Below the pieces are notes generated by a model, which saw only the letters and a list, made by a program, of their open reading frames with translations, was not told where the DNA came from and searched no databases. A stretch of 64,000 nt of DNA from Octopus vulgaris (lineage: Eukaryota). The stretch is taken from the NCBI GenBank assembly GCA_951406725.2, contig OX597819.1:70928001-70992000 (forward strand). The letters run 5' to 3'. Below are positions 36,942-50,128 of the stretch, piece by piece. The position numbers and the translations under genes are program-made. Each line of letters opens with the position of its first letter. Position 1 is the stretch's first letter.

Positions 36942-38933
36942 TTACATATATATATATATTGGACAGCCTGACTGAGGGCTGTTGAGCCAGAAGGCTGTAT
37001 GAAGCTCCAATCCGATCTGGCAAGGTTTCTACAGCTGGATGCCCTTCCTAACACCAACCACTCCAAGAGTGTAGTGGATGCTTTTTACATGCCACCGGCA
37101 TGGGACCAGTCAGCTGGCATCGACTACACTCAAATGGTGCTTTTTATGTACCACTGGCACAGGAGCCAGTCAGGCGGCACTGTCAACAATTACACTTGAA
37201 TGGTGCTTTGGTTTTTACATGTCACTGGCACAAGTGCCATTCAGGCGGTATTGTCATCGGCCCACCTCTCGTAACCCCTGACTTTTTATATACTCCTCAT
37301 GAAATCATTTCATTGGTCGGATCTCTTGCATTTCAGCTGCTTGGTACTTTGTATTGTACTCTTCTGTACTGGATTACCCAAGTCCTCTACAGGAGCTTTC
37401 TGTGATAGCCACACAATTCTCATCATCATCATTGTTTAGTGTCCATCTTCCATGCTGACATGTGTTGGACAGGAGCTTGGCCAGCTGGGGAGCTGTCCAG
37501 ACTCTGATTGTCTATTGTGACATGGTTTCTACAGCTGGATGCCCTTGCACTTTACAGAGTGTATTGGGTACTTTTTACCGTCTCAGGACAATTACATCCC
37601 TAGGACAATTACACTCTCCTCATTGGACAGTTCCCCCTGACGACAACTACTTCCTAGGATGATTACCCCACTTGGTTAATTACCCCCTCCAATAAATTAA
37701 GAAGTTTTAAATCATCATCTGCTGTCCTTGGGGATGGGTTATTGTCCATGGAGGGGGATAAATGTTCCAGACGTGCTTTTTACATGTCACCAGCGTATAT
37801 TTACCCTGCAAATCCGTATACAACCAGGTGAAGGCGCATGGCTTAGTGGTTAGTTTTACAATCCCAAGTGCAAGATTATGGTTTCAATTCTAGGATCGGG
37901 CAGTGCATTGTGTTCTTGGGCAAAACATTTTATGTTGCACTCAGCTGAAAATGGGTTACCCTGTGATGGTCTGGCTGGGGAGAATGTTGGTCTCCTGCCC
38001 ACCTAGCCAGTGGGGTGGCATTGTCTGAAAGCTACAACAGTGCAAACAAGTGCACTGTGGTTATTGGTGTATAACAACATCCAATAGCCTGGTCCATACA
38101 GTGATGTATTTAGTCTGAAGAAATGACTGGTGTTAGTTAAAACAAATTGTAGAATCAATTCAAACACCCCTGCTGTAGTAACAGGAGAAATTTATGATTA
38201 CTTCTGGTTGTCTTATTTGTGGCTTTCTTGTTAGACGCTTGCTTCCCAGCCACTATGTGACACCTTGGGCGAGTGGTTTCCACTATAATCTCAGGCTGGC
38301 CAAAGCCTTGTAGTGGATTTTGTAGACGGAAACTGAAGGAAGCCCTTCATTTATCATCATTTAATGTCCATTTTCCATGCTAGTATGGGTTGGATGGTTT
38401 AACAGAAGCTAGCAAGGCCTGGAGCCACACCATGTTCCAGTCTGTTTTGGTATGGTTTCTACAGCTGGGTGCCCTTCCTAATGCCAACCACTTTACAGAG
38501 TGAAGTACCAGGCTTAATAAGAATAAGTATTGGAGTTGATCCATTTGACTAAAATTCTTCGAGTTGGTGCCCCAGCATGGCCACAGTCTTATGACTGAAA
38601 CAAGTAAAAGAATGAACCAATTCCAATTTACTAAGTCTGTTACTAACAGTATTGATTATGTAGATAATTAATATCCACATTGTATATCATTTGAAATCCA
38701 TTAATGTTAACATTTTAAACTTTAGCATGTTTTGCTGACGCCAACGGTAGATTTAGCAGAAGAAATAATGTTTGTTCTTATCTTTGTGAATCTACTTAAA
38801 AGCCGGTTATTGTAACGACTTATTTTAATCAGATGACTAATCAAATAATCTTTTTAATCCTTTCAGCAGTGTTGGTGTGTGTGTGTGTGTGTGTGCCAGT
38901 TCTGGATATCAGGGGCTTTATTCGATCTGTTAT

Positions 38934-38967
<34 letters not shown>

Positions 38968-39472
38968 CAACAACAGTTGTGGTAGTAGTGTCTGTCAAAA
39001 GATGAGTTTGGTTGTTGTAATCCAGTGGTTTTATGTTTGAGCCTTAGCTTTGTTAACTGTGGTGGGTTGGAGTGGTGGGGACATCTTAAATTGTTATCTA
39101 TTGTGTGTGTGTGTGTAGTAGTAGTAGTAGTAGAATAATAAAAAGAAAGTTCTTGGTACAGTATTATATATATTTGTAAAAAATGAGTAGAGATAGCCTT
39201 TTTTGGGTGGTGGTGGGGTGGATAATTTTTATCTTAATCTTAATAATGTTTACAAGTGGGATACTGTGATATGAGTTTTGAGCTTCAAGTAGCTGTTTTC
39301 ACACCATCTCTATTAATTTTTTCAAATATATATATATACATATATATATATATACCCATGCCCGTCCAACCCATGCTAGCATGGAAAGCGGACGCTAAAC
39401 GATGATGATGATGATGATGATATATATATATAATGTACATATATATATATATAATGTACATATATATATATA

Positions 39473-39667
39473 ATGTACATATATACACAAGGGCACTACA
39501 TGAGCACCTACATTGCTAAAAATAGAAGTCAAAATTACTTATGCACCATCGAATAGTCACAAATCTGCTACATTGATTTGTGACTATTCGGTGGTACAGA
39601 AGTATTTTTGACTTCTATTTTTAGCGATGTAGGTGCTCATGTAGTACCCTTGTGTATATATGTACAT
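39473..39667. repeat. Near-perfect hairpin MITE, about 93-bp arms and 9-nt loop
   Basis: Arms 39473-39565 and 39575-39667 with about 6 mismatches; TA-flanked CACAAGGG ends. Confidence 0.92.
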
Positions 39668-40056
39668 ATCTAATATTCTATGTATCTATTTTATTAATTT
39701 GCCTGTACGGCTGATAATTCGCTTGCCACTTGTGACGGTATTTAATAATACTATCCCTATATTTATTTTTATATATATATATTTAAATGTAATTAGGATA
39801 AAGTCCTTATTTAATGATTTGTCAGTGGCCAGCATACTAAAATACCATAATAGTTAATTTGTATTAAAATTATAACAGGGATGTTGAATGATTACAACAC
39901 CAGTCTGCTAGAAATAGACCATTTGGGGTCTATTTCTAGCAGACTGGTATTATAATTATTCAACACCCTTATAATTTTATATATGCATGAATGTGTACAT
40001 ATATGTGTGTGTGTGTGTATATACATATGTATATATATATATATATGTGTGTGTGT

Positions 40057-40112
<56 letters not shown>

Positions 40113-41348
40113 TGCGTGTGTTAATGATTCAAACACATGCTCTTTGTTGTTTCATTTACTAATCAATTTTTCTTTGGAGATTCATGTCAGCAGTGTCTTT
40201 TAAAGAATTTATTTGAGAATAAAGTGCAGTGTTTATCATTTTATTGAGGAATTAAAAAAATTGTGATGTCCACTCTTTCATCCAAATAATTATCAGTAGT
40301 CTCTTGTTTTCTTTTCTTCTCAATCTGATGTTTGATGGGGTCCCTCTGTCAGCTTTTCCTGATATCGTCCTCTTCTGCTTCATTAGTAGCAGCTGATGAC
40401 TAGATGTCTTAGACTAGTTTTTCTTTCTTTTGTTCCCATATTATTTGTGAAATACACTCTTTCAATTTATTATTTTTTTTTTTTAAATGAAGAATTTAGT
40501 AAATTAACTTTGTCATTATTAACCTAATGTTGAGAACATAAATCAATATGGAATTTTTTTTTATTAGGTTTTTTTTAGGTAATTTTGAAAACTTTATCAA
40601 AGAACCACAAGTTGTTTTGGACAGGTTGTTACCAAAAGGGTTAATTCTTTGATTTTATATTTCTGTTGAAATATTCTGACTTTGTGTCAAAACATTTAGA
40701 AAATAATGAAGCCTTTAGTAAAACAGCTTTGTCGATATTGCGCTAATGTCTGGAACATAGATTGACATAGAAATTTTATAGATTTTAATTTAGATTACTT
40801 TCAAACAGCACTGACTTTGTCTTTACTCTGCTGGTGTTTGGGACATGAAATTTCTATGGAAAATTTTTAATTTTGCTCTGTTTAAAACAGGAAATTTGTA
40901 TCAAAGTTACTATCAAAAGGGTTAATTAGCAGGTGATCAGTGATCAATATCATTCATTGAATGCTCGTTATCTGTTCATTGGCACAAAGTGGTGTCTAAT
41001 TCCTTCTTTTAGCAAACTATTACAATTCTTTCTCTTCTTTTGTGTATTTAGTTTTGCTATAGTTTGTTAAAATTTGCTGTGATTCTCTTTGATTCAAAGT
41101 AAGAAAAATGTTGAACCTACATATCTTGAGTCTTGTCAATGATGTATACCTGGCTGTCACATGCCTAGATGAAATCTGGCCCCTCCGATATATAGGAAAC
41201 AGTAAATCATTCATTCACTGATATTGTGGAAAGTTAGTGTAGCTGACTAAACACTCAGTATATGTAATTGAAGTGGTATTAAATGAAGATTACAAAGATG
41301 TACTTGCATAGCAAGTGACCTGATCTAAGATTGTGTGCTGAAGCAAAA

Positions 41349-41642
41349 ACGATTGTGGCATGGAAGGTGTGTATGAGCCATTTAAGAAACACAAAAAAAC
41401 CCCGTTAGATTCACTTCAGCATTTAAATTTAGTTTGTCAAAATATTTTCATCGCTTTGAAACTGCAACCGGTTCACTGACAAAATTCTGTGCTGCATCCA
41501 TGGATGGAATTTTGTCAGTGAACAGGTCATGATCACAAAGCGACAAAAATATTTTGACAAACTAAATTTAAATGCTGAAGTGAATCTAACAGTTTTTGTG
41601 TGTTCTTAAATGGCTTATAAGCACCTTCCACACTGCAATTGT
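41349..41642. repeat. Inverted repeat with about 138-bp arms, 19-nt spacer and hammerhead-like motifs
   Basis: GTTAGATTCACTTCAGCATTTAAATTTAGTTTGTCAAAATATTTT mirrored exactly in the right arm. Confidence 0.92.
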
Positions 41643-41849
41643 AAATGAAAATTGCCATCTGTCTATCTTACTTAATGTATATACACCATTGAAAGGCAAG
41701 ATGCTGTGGTTTTTGTTGGAGAGAAATTATCTTCAAAGACATGTTACCAGAACAATGTGAAGATCATCCCAGCATTGACTGATAAGAACGTCAGACACAT
41801 TTTGGCCGCCTTGTGTGTTGTGCATGAGGCAGAATGTGCTATGGTTACC

Positions 41850-42010
41850 ATTTGTGGACTTGCTTATAATGTAATCAAAGAACAACACAACACTCATGAC
41901 TTTCAAGAACATTTTTTCATGCTCAAAATATTTGAAGCATGGAATAGACCTCTAGCATGTATTGTTAGCTGTCAGGTTTCTGCATTCTTCAAAAATTCCA
42001 TACTTCCCCT
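41850..42010 (+). mobile_element. CR1/L2-group LINE 3' fragment
   Basis: HFFMLKIFEAWNRPLACIVSC...FK resembles the FF..RV...WN.LP..VV....FK C-terminus. Confidence 0.6.
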
Positions 42011-44101
42011 GATGAACCTGTACACCTGTTCCTCTTTATGACTCTTCTATGTCTTTTTGTGTTTAACCCTTTTGTTACCATATTTCTTTTGAGATGCTCT
42101 GTGTTTCTTTCAGTTAATTTTAAATACAACAAAGAATTTAGTAAAATAACTTTATCATTCAGCTAGTGTTTGGAACATAAATTGTGACTAAAGTTTGGTG
42201 GAAGATTTTAATTCAGAATTTTTGAAAGCAAGCCATTTGTAGTACAGAGCCAGAGACAGTTTTGGCTGGGTTGGTATCAAAAGGGTTAATTCTGTGGGCT
42301 GTGCATGTTGTTTTGGCTTTCATTTGCTGTCTTTCTTTACCTGACTTATAGCTCTGCTCTCTCACCTTTTCTGGCAAGCCATGTCACTCCTGAATGCTAC
42401 TCAACAACAAGCTCATTACATCATAGTAAAGATGACCAGGAACAAAGCAGATAATTTCAAAGGTCTATAAATGAATATACCAAGGGTTGTTTAATCAGAG
42501 ATGAAGGGTTCTTTAATGGCTTATCCTTTTGCAAAGCCTAGCATTTTGTAGTTTTGTTATTGTTATTTAACCCCCGGGTCAACCTTAATTGAGCAGACCT
42601 ATGATCAAAATCTTATCCAGTTGTAACCATCCATTTCTATTTTTAAATGTCTTGGACTACATTATTTGATGTGTGTTTACTTATTGAAGACAACGGTGTG
42701 TGATTCGATGGTGGTTTGGCTGCTACTTCTTAGCAGGTCGAGTTGAGGCTTTCTCATTGGCTTGCACACATTCAGTATTTAATTCAACTCTGTTGGGTAG
42801 GTGAGAGAAAAAAATTCCAGCCCTGCCCACCTCTGAATATAGTCATACAATGTTTAGAATTACAGAAGGTGTGCATTTGTATTTCTTGTGTGAAGGTTAA
42901 ACACATGATAAATGTTTGAGAAGGCAAAAAAATGGTAAATTCTTGACTTTCAGAGAAAATTCGGTAATGAGTTTGTTTGGTGTTTTGAAAAGGTTAAGAA
43001 ATATCTATTCTGTTATTTGTTTCAGTCATTTGACTGCGGTCATGCTGGAGCGTCGCCTTTAGTTTAGCAAATTGACCCCAGGACTTATTCTTTGTAAGCG
43101 TAGTACTTCTTCTACCGGTTTCTTTTGCCAAACTGCTAAGTTATGGGGATGTAAACACACCAGCATCAGTTGACAAGTGATGTTTGGGGTGGGTGGGTGT
43201 CAAACACACAAATGCCCATACACACATATATACAAAGGGCTTCCTTCAGTTTCCGTTTATCAGATCCACTTACAAGGCTATAGTCAGCCTGAGGCTATAG
43301 TAGAAGACACTTGCCTAAGGTGCCACGCAGTGGGACTGAACCCAGCAGAACCATGCTTGTTGTGAAGCAGGACCCTTTTGACACCTATTTTACTCTACTT
43401 GAGACACTCATAGCCATTAAAAAACAAAAATCCTAATATATTTTGTATAATTAAATTTTTTTAGGAATTGTATTAAAAAAAAAACAAAGAAAAGGTTAAA
43501 ATATTTTGTGTAAGTGCCGCATGGTTGTGTGGTAAGAAGCTTGCTTCCCAACTACATGGTTCTAACCCTAACGCTAACCCAGGACCCACCAAAGCCTTGT
43601 GAGTAGATTTGGTAGACATAAACTGAAAGAAGCCCGTCGTATATAAATATATATGTATATTTGTGTGTGTATTTGTCCCCCCCCATTTTGGCGTATTTAG
43701 CCCCCCACCGTAACTTAGCAGTTTGGCAAAAGAGACTGATGGAATAAGTACTAGGCTTACAAAGAATAATTCCTGGGTTCAGTTTGTTTGACTAAAAGTT
43801 GTGCTCCAGCATGGCCACAGTCAAATGAGTGAAACAAGTGAAAGAATAAAAGAAATTGTAGAAGAATAAACAATTTACTGCGCATAAATTCTAACCAGAT
43901 TGTATAAGGATCCCTTAGGGTCATGTGGACCCTAGTTGAGCACCACTGATTTATATCGTTAATGTTCATTTGCATAATCACTAAATTAAAAACACAAATC
44001 ACTTAAAGTTTAAAAGATGAAAGATGCCTGTCTTTTTTTTTTGTTGTTGTTTGTATTTGGTTTAATTTGTAATTTTTGTTTTACTAATTTTTTTGTTGTA
44101 G

Positions 44102-44295
44102 TGAGATTGAAGGTGGAGAAGCAGTCTCTACTGAAGGCACAGCGCCAGCTGAAGGTGCTTCTGCTAGTGCATCTCCTTTGTCATCATCTCCAGAACTAAA
44201 ACCAATGGAGAGGCAAGTAGAAGCCCGGAGTTTGGATGATTCCATGGCCTCCATAGTGAGATTCTTGTATTTCGCTGATACTTTTGCAATCAACA
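44102..44295 (+). CDS. lgl: Lgl exon 14 (EIEGGEAV...KPMERQVEARSLDDSMASIVRFLYFADTFAIN)
   Basis: ttgtag acceptor, gtaagt donor, phase 2 to 1; ER.VEARS.DD...VR.LYFADTF conserved. Confidence 0.96.
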
Positions 44296-44693
44296 GTAAG
44301 TAACTTCCTTATATTATTTTATTCGAATCTCCTTTGTCATAGAAAAATATTTTGGGTTGATGGAGAAGGATTGTGAACCTTCTCCAGGCCAGTCTTGAGA
44401 ACCTTGTTTCGCGTTGGTGATTCTATATTTAAGTGGTGAAGGTTTGAAGAATTTGGAATGACTTCTCATTTTGAAGAGAATCTCCTTTCTTACTCAGGTT
44501 TTAGGTAATACATTTCTCTTTTGTGAATAGGTGTGGCTCTGTGGTTAAGAAGTTTGCTTCCCAACCTTATGCTTTTGGGTTCAGTCCTACTATGTGGTAC
44601 CTTGGCCAAAGTATCTTCTACTATAGCCCTGGGCTGGCAAAAGCTTTGTGAGTGAATGTTATAGGTGGAAGCAGAAAGAAGCCTGTAATATAC

Positions 44694-44741
<48 letters not shown>

Positions 44742-46676
44742 CTGTGTATATTTGTGTCTCCATGTCTGACATTTCATGATTGATATAAATGAGTGGCATT
44801 CAAAAACATGTCTGGCCTTGGGGCAATACTGCTTTCACTTGGAAACTGTTGAGGAACAGGTGAGGGTTGGCTACAGGAAGATCATCAGGCCATAGAGAAT
44901 CTGCATCAGTAAACTCCATGTAACATATACAAGCATGGAAATTAGATGATGATGATGGGCACTATGGCAATTCCTGCCAGCAAGGACTGTGTAGTTGTGA
45001 TAGAATTGGATCCAGTCTGTAGTTGATATTTATTTTATCAACTCTTGCAGAATTTCTGTTTCAAAATTTAAAGCAACTGCCCTCTGTGCCTTGAGGGTAC
45101 GTCATGACATGCACCCACCACCATCTCTCCCACTCTAAGTCTCCTCCCTTCTCCAACTTGGGTGTCCTTCTATCTCTTCTACAGCAAAATACCTACCTCT
45201 ATCCCTCTATTATTTTTTCAATCTCTCATTAACTAGCACAAAGCCACTGCCTTGAATATGAATCCTTCCAGTCAGAAGGAATCTCTCTTGTCTTGCAAGT
45301 TATTTGGTGGCCCCCACTGGAGCTGGTGCCATGTAAAAAGCATCCAGTGCACTCTGTAAAGTGGTTGGCATTAAGAAGGTCATCCTGTCACAGAAACCAT
45401 GCTAAAACAAACAGTAGAACTCTGCATATCCCTTCGGTTTGCCAGTTCTTGTCAAACTGTCCAACCCATGCCAGCATGGAGAATGGGCATTAGATGATGA
45501 TGATAAAAAGTCTCTTTACTCTTACAAGGAACAAGATAATCTTATCATTGCTGGTGCCCTAATGAAACATACCCAGTGCACTCTGTAAAGTGGTTAGTAA
45601 ATGAGTACAATGTATGGTCTGAAGGACTCTTTAGTCTTTTTGAAGACAAGCCACCCTCTTTAGTGTTGGTGCCAGGCTAAAATGCTTGCAATGCACTTTG
45701 TGAAGTGGTTGGCAAACAAGCAGAGATAAGAGCCTTTATTTTTGTTGAAGATCTGATTATTTGTCTAGTGCTGATGTCATGATAAAATACACTCGGTACA
45801 ATCTGTAAGGTGGTTGATGATAGGAAGGGCATCCCTTTTTAGAAGCCAAGTCTAAAAGGAAATGTATGTCAAGACATGGTCTTCTGACCTGTCTGGGAGG
45901 GCAGTAACACTGATTAAGTACTGAGTCGGATTGTGACATAGTCTCCGACTCATGCCAGCATGGAAAGTGGACAAAAAATGATGCACAACGTTTAGGTGTG
46001 GCTTTGTATAGGCACAGATATGGCTGTGAAGTTTAGAAGCTTGCTTCCCAACCATCTGCTTTTGGGTTCGGTCCCACTGTACAGCACCTTTGCCAAGTGC
46101 CCAACCAAAGCCTTGTGAGTGGATTTCAAAAATGGAAATGGAAAGAAACCTATCGTGTGTGTGAGGGAGAGAGAGATGTTTGATAAAGGAAGGGAATATT
46201 TAGCCCTTGACAAATTTGCTACAAACGCCATTCAGAGTTTTCCAAAGAATATTGATGTTTTGAGTTTCATCTTTTTTGTGAATTAGCGACTTATTTACAA
46301 ATTTGAATATGTATTTAATTAAACTGTTATTGTCTAATAAGTGTTGATATATTTTTTTTAATTTTATTTTTTAATTTATTAGCTAGTTTGTAGATTTGAT
46401 TGTGAAATATACTTGTATATTAAATGTGGATATATTGACAAGAAAATTGCATGTTTTTTTGTGAAGGTTCATGGCTTAGTGGTTAGGGGATTTCACTCAC
46501 ATCAAACTACTGGTACAGCTCATAATTTGCTAGTTGAATGTACTGGCACAACATAGTGTCTGCTCAAGGACATAACGCACCACCAGGAACTGAACTTGCA
46601 ACCTAATGATTGTAAGCTGAATACACTAATCCATGTACCTCTACAGGGGTTGATGATGACGACAAAAGATGACGTT

Positions 46677-47062
46677 CATTATTTACATTTGACGGATATT
46701 TGTCCTCATCTTGTTTGTTGTTAACACAATGTTTCGGCTGATATACCCTCTAGCCTTCATCAGGTGTCTTGGGGAAATTTTAACCCTGGATTCTCATTCC
46801 TAAGGTATTTTTCGTTGGTGGTGGTGGTGGTGGCGTTCCCATGGGTATATGGCGCAATGGTTAAGAACACGGGCTACTAATCCCAAGATTCCGTGTTATT
46901 TATGAACAAAAATAATAATAATATCATCAAAAAATACCTTAGGAATGAGAATCCAGATTTGAAATTTCCCCAAGACACCTGATGAAGGCTGGAGGGTATA
47001 TCAGCCGAAACGTGTTATCAACAAACAAGATGAGGATAAATATCCATCTAATGTAAATAATG
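46677..47062. repeat. Inverted repeat with about 135-bp arms and hammerhead-like motifs
   Basis: 46677-46812 is the reverse complement of 46930-47062; spacer about 117 nt. Confidence 0.92.
46974..47016 (+). ncRNA. Decayed minimal type-I hammerhead ribozyme motif
   Basis: GACAC CTGATGA A GGCTG-loop-CAGCC GAAAC GTGTT; the cleavage triplet is missing in this copy but present (ATT) in the antisense copy at 46723-46768. Confidence 0.65.
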
Positions 47063-47149
47063 TTCATAATTCCTCATCTCTTAAATATGGAACTGTAAAT
47101 GATGACATTGACCAAAAATTAAATTTTTTCTTTTCTTTTTTTTCTGCAG

Positions 47150-47433
47150 ATACATCTCATCAACCTACACTGTGGGTAGGTACCAATGCTGGATACGTAT
47201 ATATCTACACAATAACAATACCACCAAGTGACAAACGTGCCTCTGAATCTGTTAGTTCATTCCTTGCTAAAGAAATAAAACTACGCCATAGAGCTCCTGT
47301 CATTTCTATGGCTGTTATCGACAAAAGGGCTCGTGTGCTACCAGAGCCACTTGAAGTGTTACACGAACGTGCCAAGGCTGCCGATATGAGTGGGGAACAC
47401 CAACTAGTTGTTTGTTCAGAAGAACAGTTCAAG
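47150..47433 (+). CDS. lgl: Lgl exon 15 (PTLWVGTNAG...AKEIKLRHRAPV...LPEPLEV...HQLVVCSEEQFK)
   Basis: ctgcag acceptor, gtgggt donor, phase 1 to 0. Confidence 0.97.
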
Positions 47434-47575
47434 GTGGGTGAATTCTTGGCTGAAATTTCATGCCCTTAAAACGGGTTTAAAACACATTTTGTTGGCAGAT
47501 TTCTGTTGAAATACACTGCCTTTTCTTTTGATTAATTTTGAAAATAACGAAGAATTTAGTGAAATACTACTACTG

Positions 47576-47611
<36 letters not shown>

Positions 47612-48851
47612 ATAAGCTGGAGTTTAGAACACAAATTGACATGAAAAATTTTGGTAGGTTTTTAATGTTGACCACTAAAAAACCCGAAGTTTGTATCATA
47701 GAACGAGTGAGTGGTGTTAGGCAAGTTGGTATCAAAAGAGTCGAAATTACGAACTAAAAACTACATGAGGTTATTTGGTGCGTATATTTTAGGATAGATA
47801 AATGTGTAAATTATGTTTAGATTAGCTGAATTAATCTCGCCTATTTTTCTCTGTCAATCAGCCTAGGCTGGTCTGAAAAGCTGACATGGTAAAGCCTCTC
47901 CTTTGTGTAATTGTTACATAGTATAATTGTAATAATGGCTTCTAATTTTAGTTGCAACGTTATTCCAAAAAGCACGTAATCAAATTAATTATACCAGTAG
48001 TATATTGTTGTGCTTATTTTATTGATCTCAGAAAGGTAAAAAGCTGGAGTCAAAAATGGTGACATTTGGTGCAAAAACTGCAGATTCAGCAACTACTGTT
48101 GCTGCCAGTCTTGTTACCTTCATGTGTCTCGTCACACCTTAAGGCTCAGTTTAGGGTTGTGCAGGGACAGGATGTCAAGTGCACTTTTGCTGAATGACAA
48201 GAAGCTGAATGGACATAAAGCCACTCGGACACAATTTAATGGCCATTTTAGCCTGTCAAATGGTCATATTGAGGAATAAAATGGTTATCATATATTTTAA
48301 TTTTCACATGTCTTTTTGGCATCTTGTTCATTCAGCTTTATGTCTGTTCGGCTTCTTGTCCTTCAGCAAGAGTGCTTTTGGCATCCTGTCCGTGTACCCT
48401 GATGGCTAACATAGGTTCCAATATCTCTTTGACAAATGAATGAATGGATTGCTTGTAGAAATGGTATCTAATCTCTAAAAATGCCTGTTTGGATTACTTG
48501 TAACAATGTCTCTCAAATTTGTGGAAAGCCATAATCCCAATTGTATCATTTTGAAATCAATATTCTCCAGTTGATGAATCTTGCTATTTATAAGTAACCA
48601 TTTAGAAGTTCCAGGCATTTATGGTTTTATTCATACCATTTTGGGTTTAAGTTATGCCATTTGAATTTTTATACCATTTGACATGTTATTCATATCATTT
48701 GAGGTTTTTATTCCACCAATTGTGTCCGGCTCTACATAGAATACTTTGACTGGTTTAAAATAGGAATTGATGAACTTTTTTTATTGTTTATGAAATGGTC
48801 TTTACATTTAGTACAGTTTTTTTTTTCCATTCTCTGTTTTGCCATCCACAG

Positions 48852-48957
48852 GTATTTTCCCTTCCTAATCTAAAACCAGTGTGCAAGCGCAAACTTACAG
48901 TCATAGATGGATCAATGGTTCGGAAAGTGTCTTTTGTCAACTTCAGGAGTCGTAGTG
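48852..48957 (+). CDS. lgl: Lgl exon 16 (VFSLPNLKPVCKRKLTVIDGSMVRKVSFVNFRSRS)
   Basis: ccacag acceptor, gtaagt donor, phase 0 to 1. Confidence 0.96.
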
Positions 48958-50128
48958 GTAAGTAACTTCTCAATAAAATTTCATCATCATCACTATCACC
49001 TTCCGTACTTATAGTTATTACCACTACCCCCCACCACAGTGATAAATTGAGATGTGACCTATATTATCATCATTATTACTATTACCATTACCAGCTACAG
49101 TTGCCATTGTAACTGTCTTCTTTTATCTCTCACACTGGCTGTAGAATTATAATGGAGTTGTCTGTTCTTAAGGTCCATCCTGACACTTCATCATCACTAT
49201 TTTTCTCTTTCCAGCTCCACTTTGGTCATTCTGACTATCTCTCTTTTCTATCATGTGTGAATAGACAAGTGGTTCGCATTAGGAAGGGCATCCAGCCATG
49301 GAAACCATGCCAAAACTGAAGATTACCAGCTCCAAGCTGTCCAACCCATGCCAGTATGGAAAATGGACATTAAATAATGTTGATGATATGCATCTCCTCT
49401 ACACTACTAACATGTTCTTCTCTTCCCCACTTCTGTCATAGCTTAAACCCTCCTCTTCTAACGTAAAGCTGTAGTCCCACTTACTTGAAAGAGTTTTTAG
49501 TTTTGCAGACTACACGGCGACCTTGCTAGTGCTGGTGCATTGTAAAAAGCACATTGTACACTCTGTAAAGTGGTTGGTGTCAGGAAGGGCATCCAGCCAT
49601 AGAAACCATGCCAGAGCAGGCGTAGGAGCATGATGCAATCCTCAGACCTACCACATCCTCTCAAACTATCCAGCCTATACCAGCATGGAAAACAGACATT
49701 AACCCCCTCACACCTGGGCCTCTCTGTCTAACCTGGGATCCTGAGCAACAAAAATAAAATAAATAGTTGCAGATGCACTCAAGAGTAACGATTGCAGGCA
49801 AACTTAATGGACAGAATCACAAAACAATTCAGGAGAATAACAATAATAGGCCTACCTCCTCTCAACTTCTTTATTTATTCACCCAAATCTCTATTTTACT
49901 CCTCTCAGTTTGATGGTTTGCATAACAGTAAACTCTTCATCCGAAGAATAAATATCATCAATAATTTCCTGAACTGTAACGAGTCTAAGCCTTTCTCGTT
50001 TACCAGATGAAGTGCAGGGTTCCATACACATTCATTTCATTGCAAAAAAAAAAAAATCCATTTTTTCTTTTAATTAAAAGCAAAAGTAAAAAGCAGCTGT
50101 TGTGGATACAATTAACAATGAGTCTTAA

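Noticed and set aside
42352-42454. In-phase open stretch after an acceptor-like site (SALSPFLASHV...QSR*)
   Set aside because: No phase-compatible strong donor and no recognisable homology; chance is adequate.
43562-43580. Telomere-like CTAACCCTAACGCTAACCC
   Set aside because: Only about three imperfect units inside a SINE.
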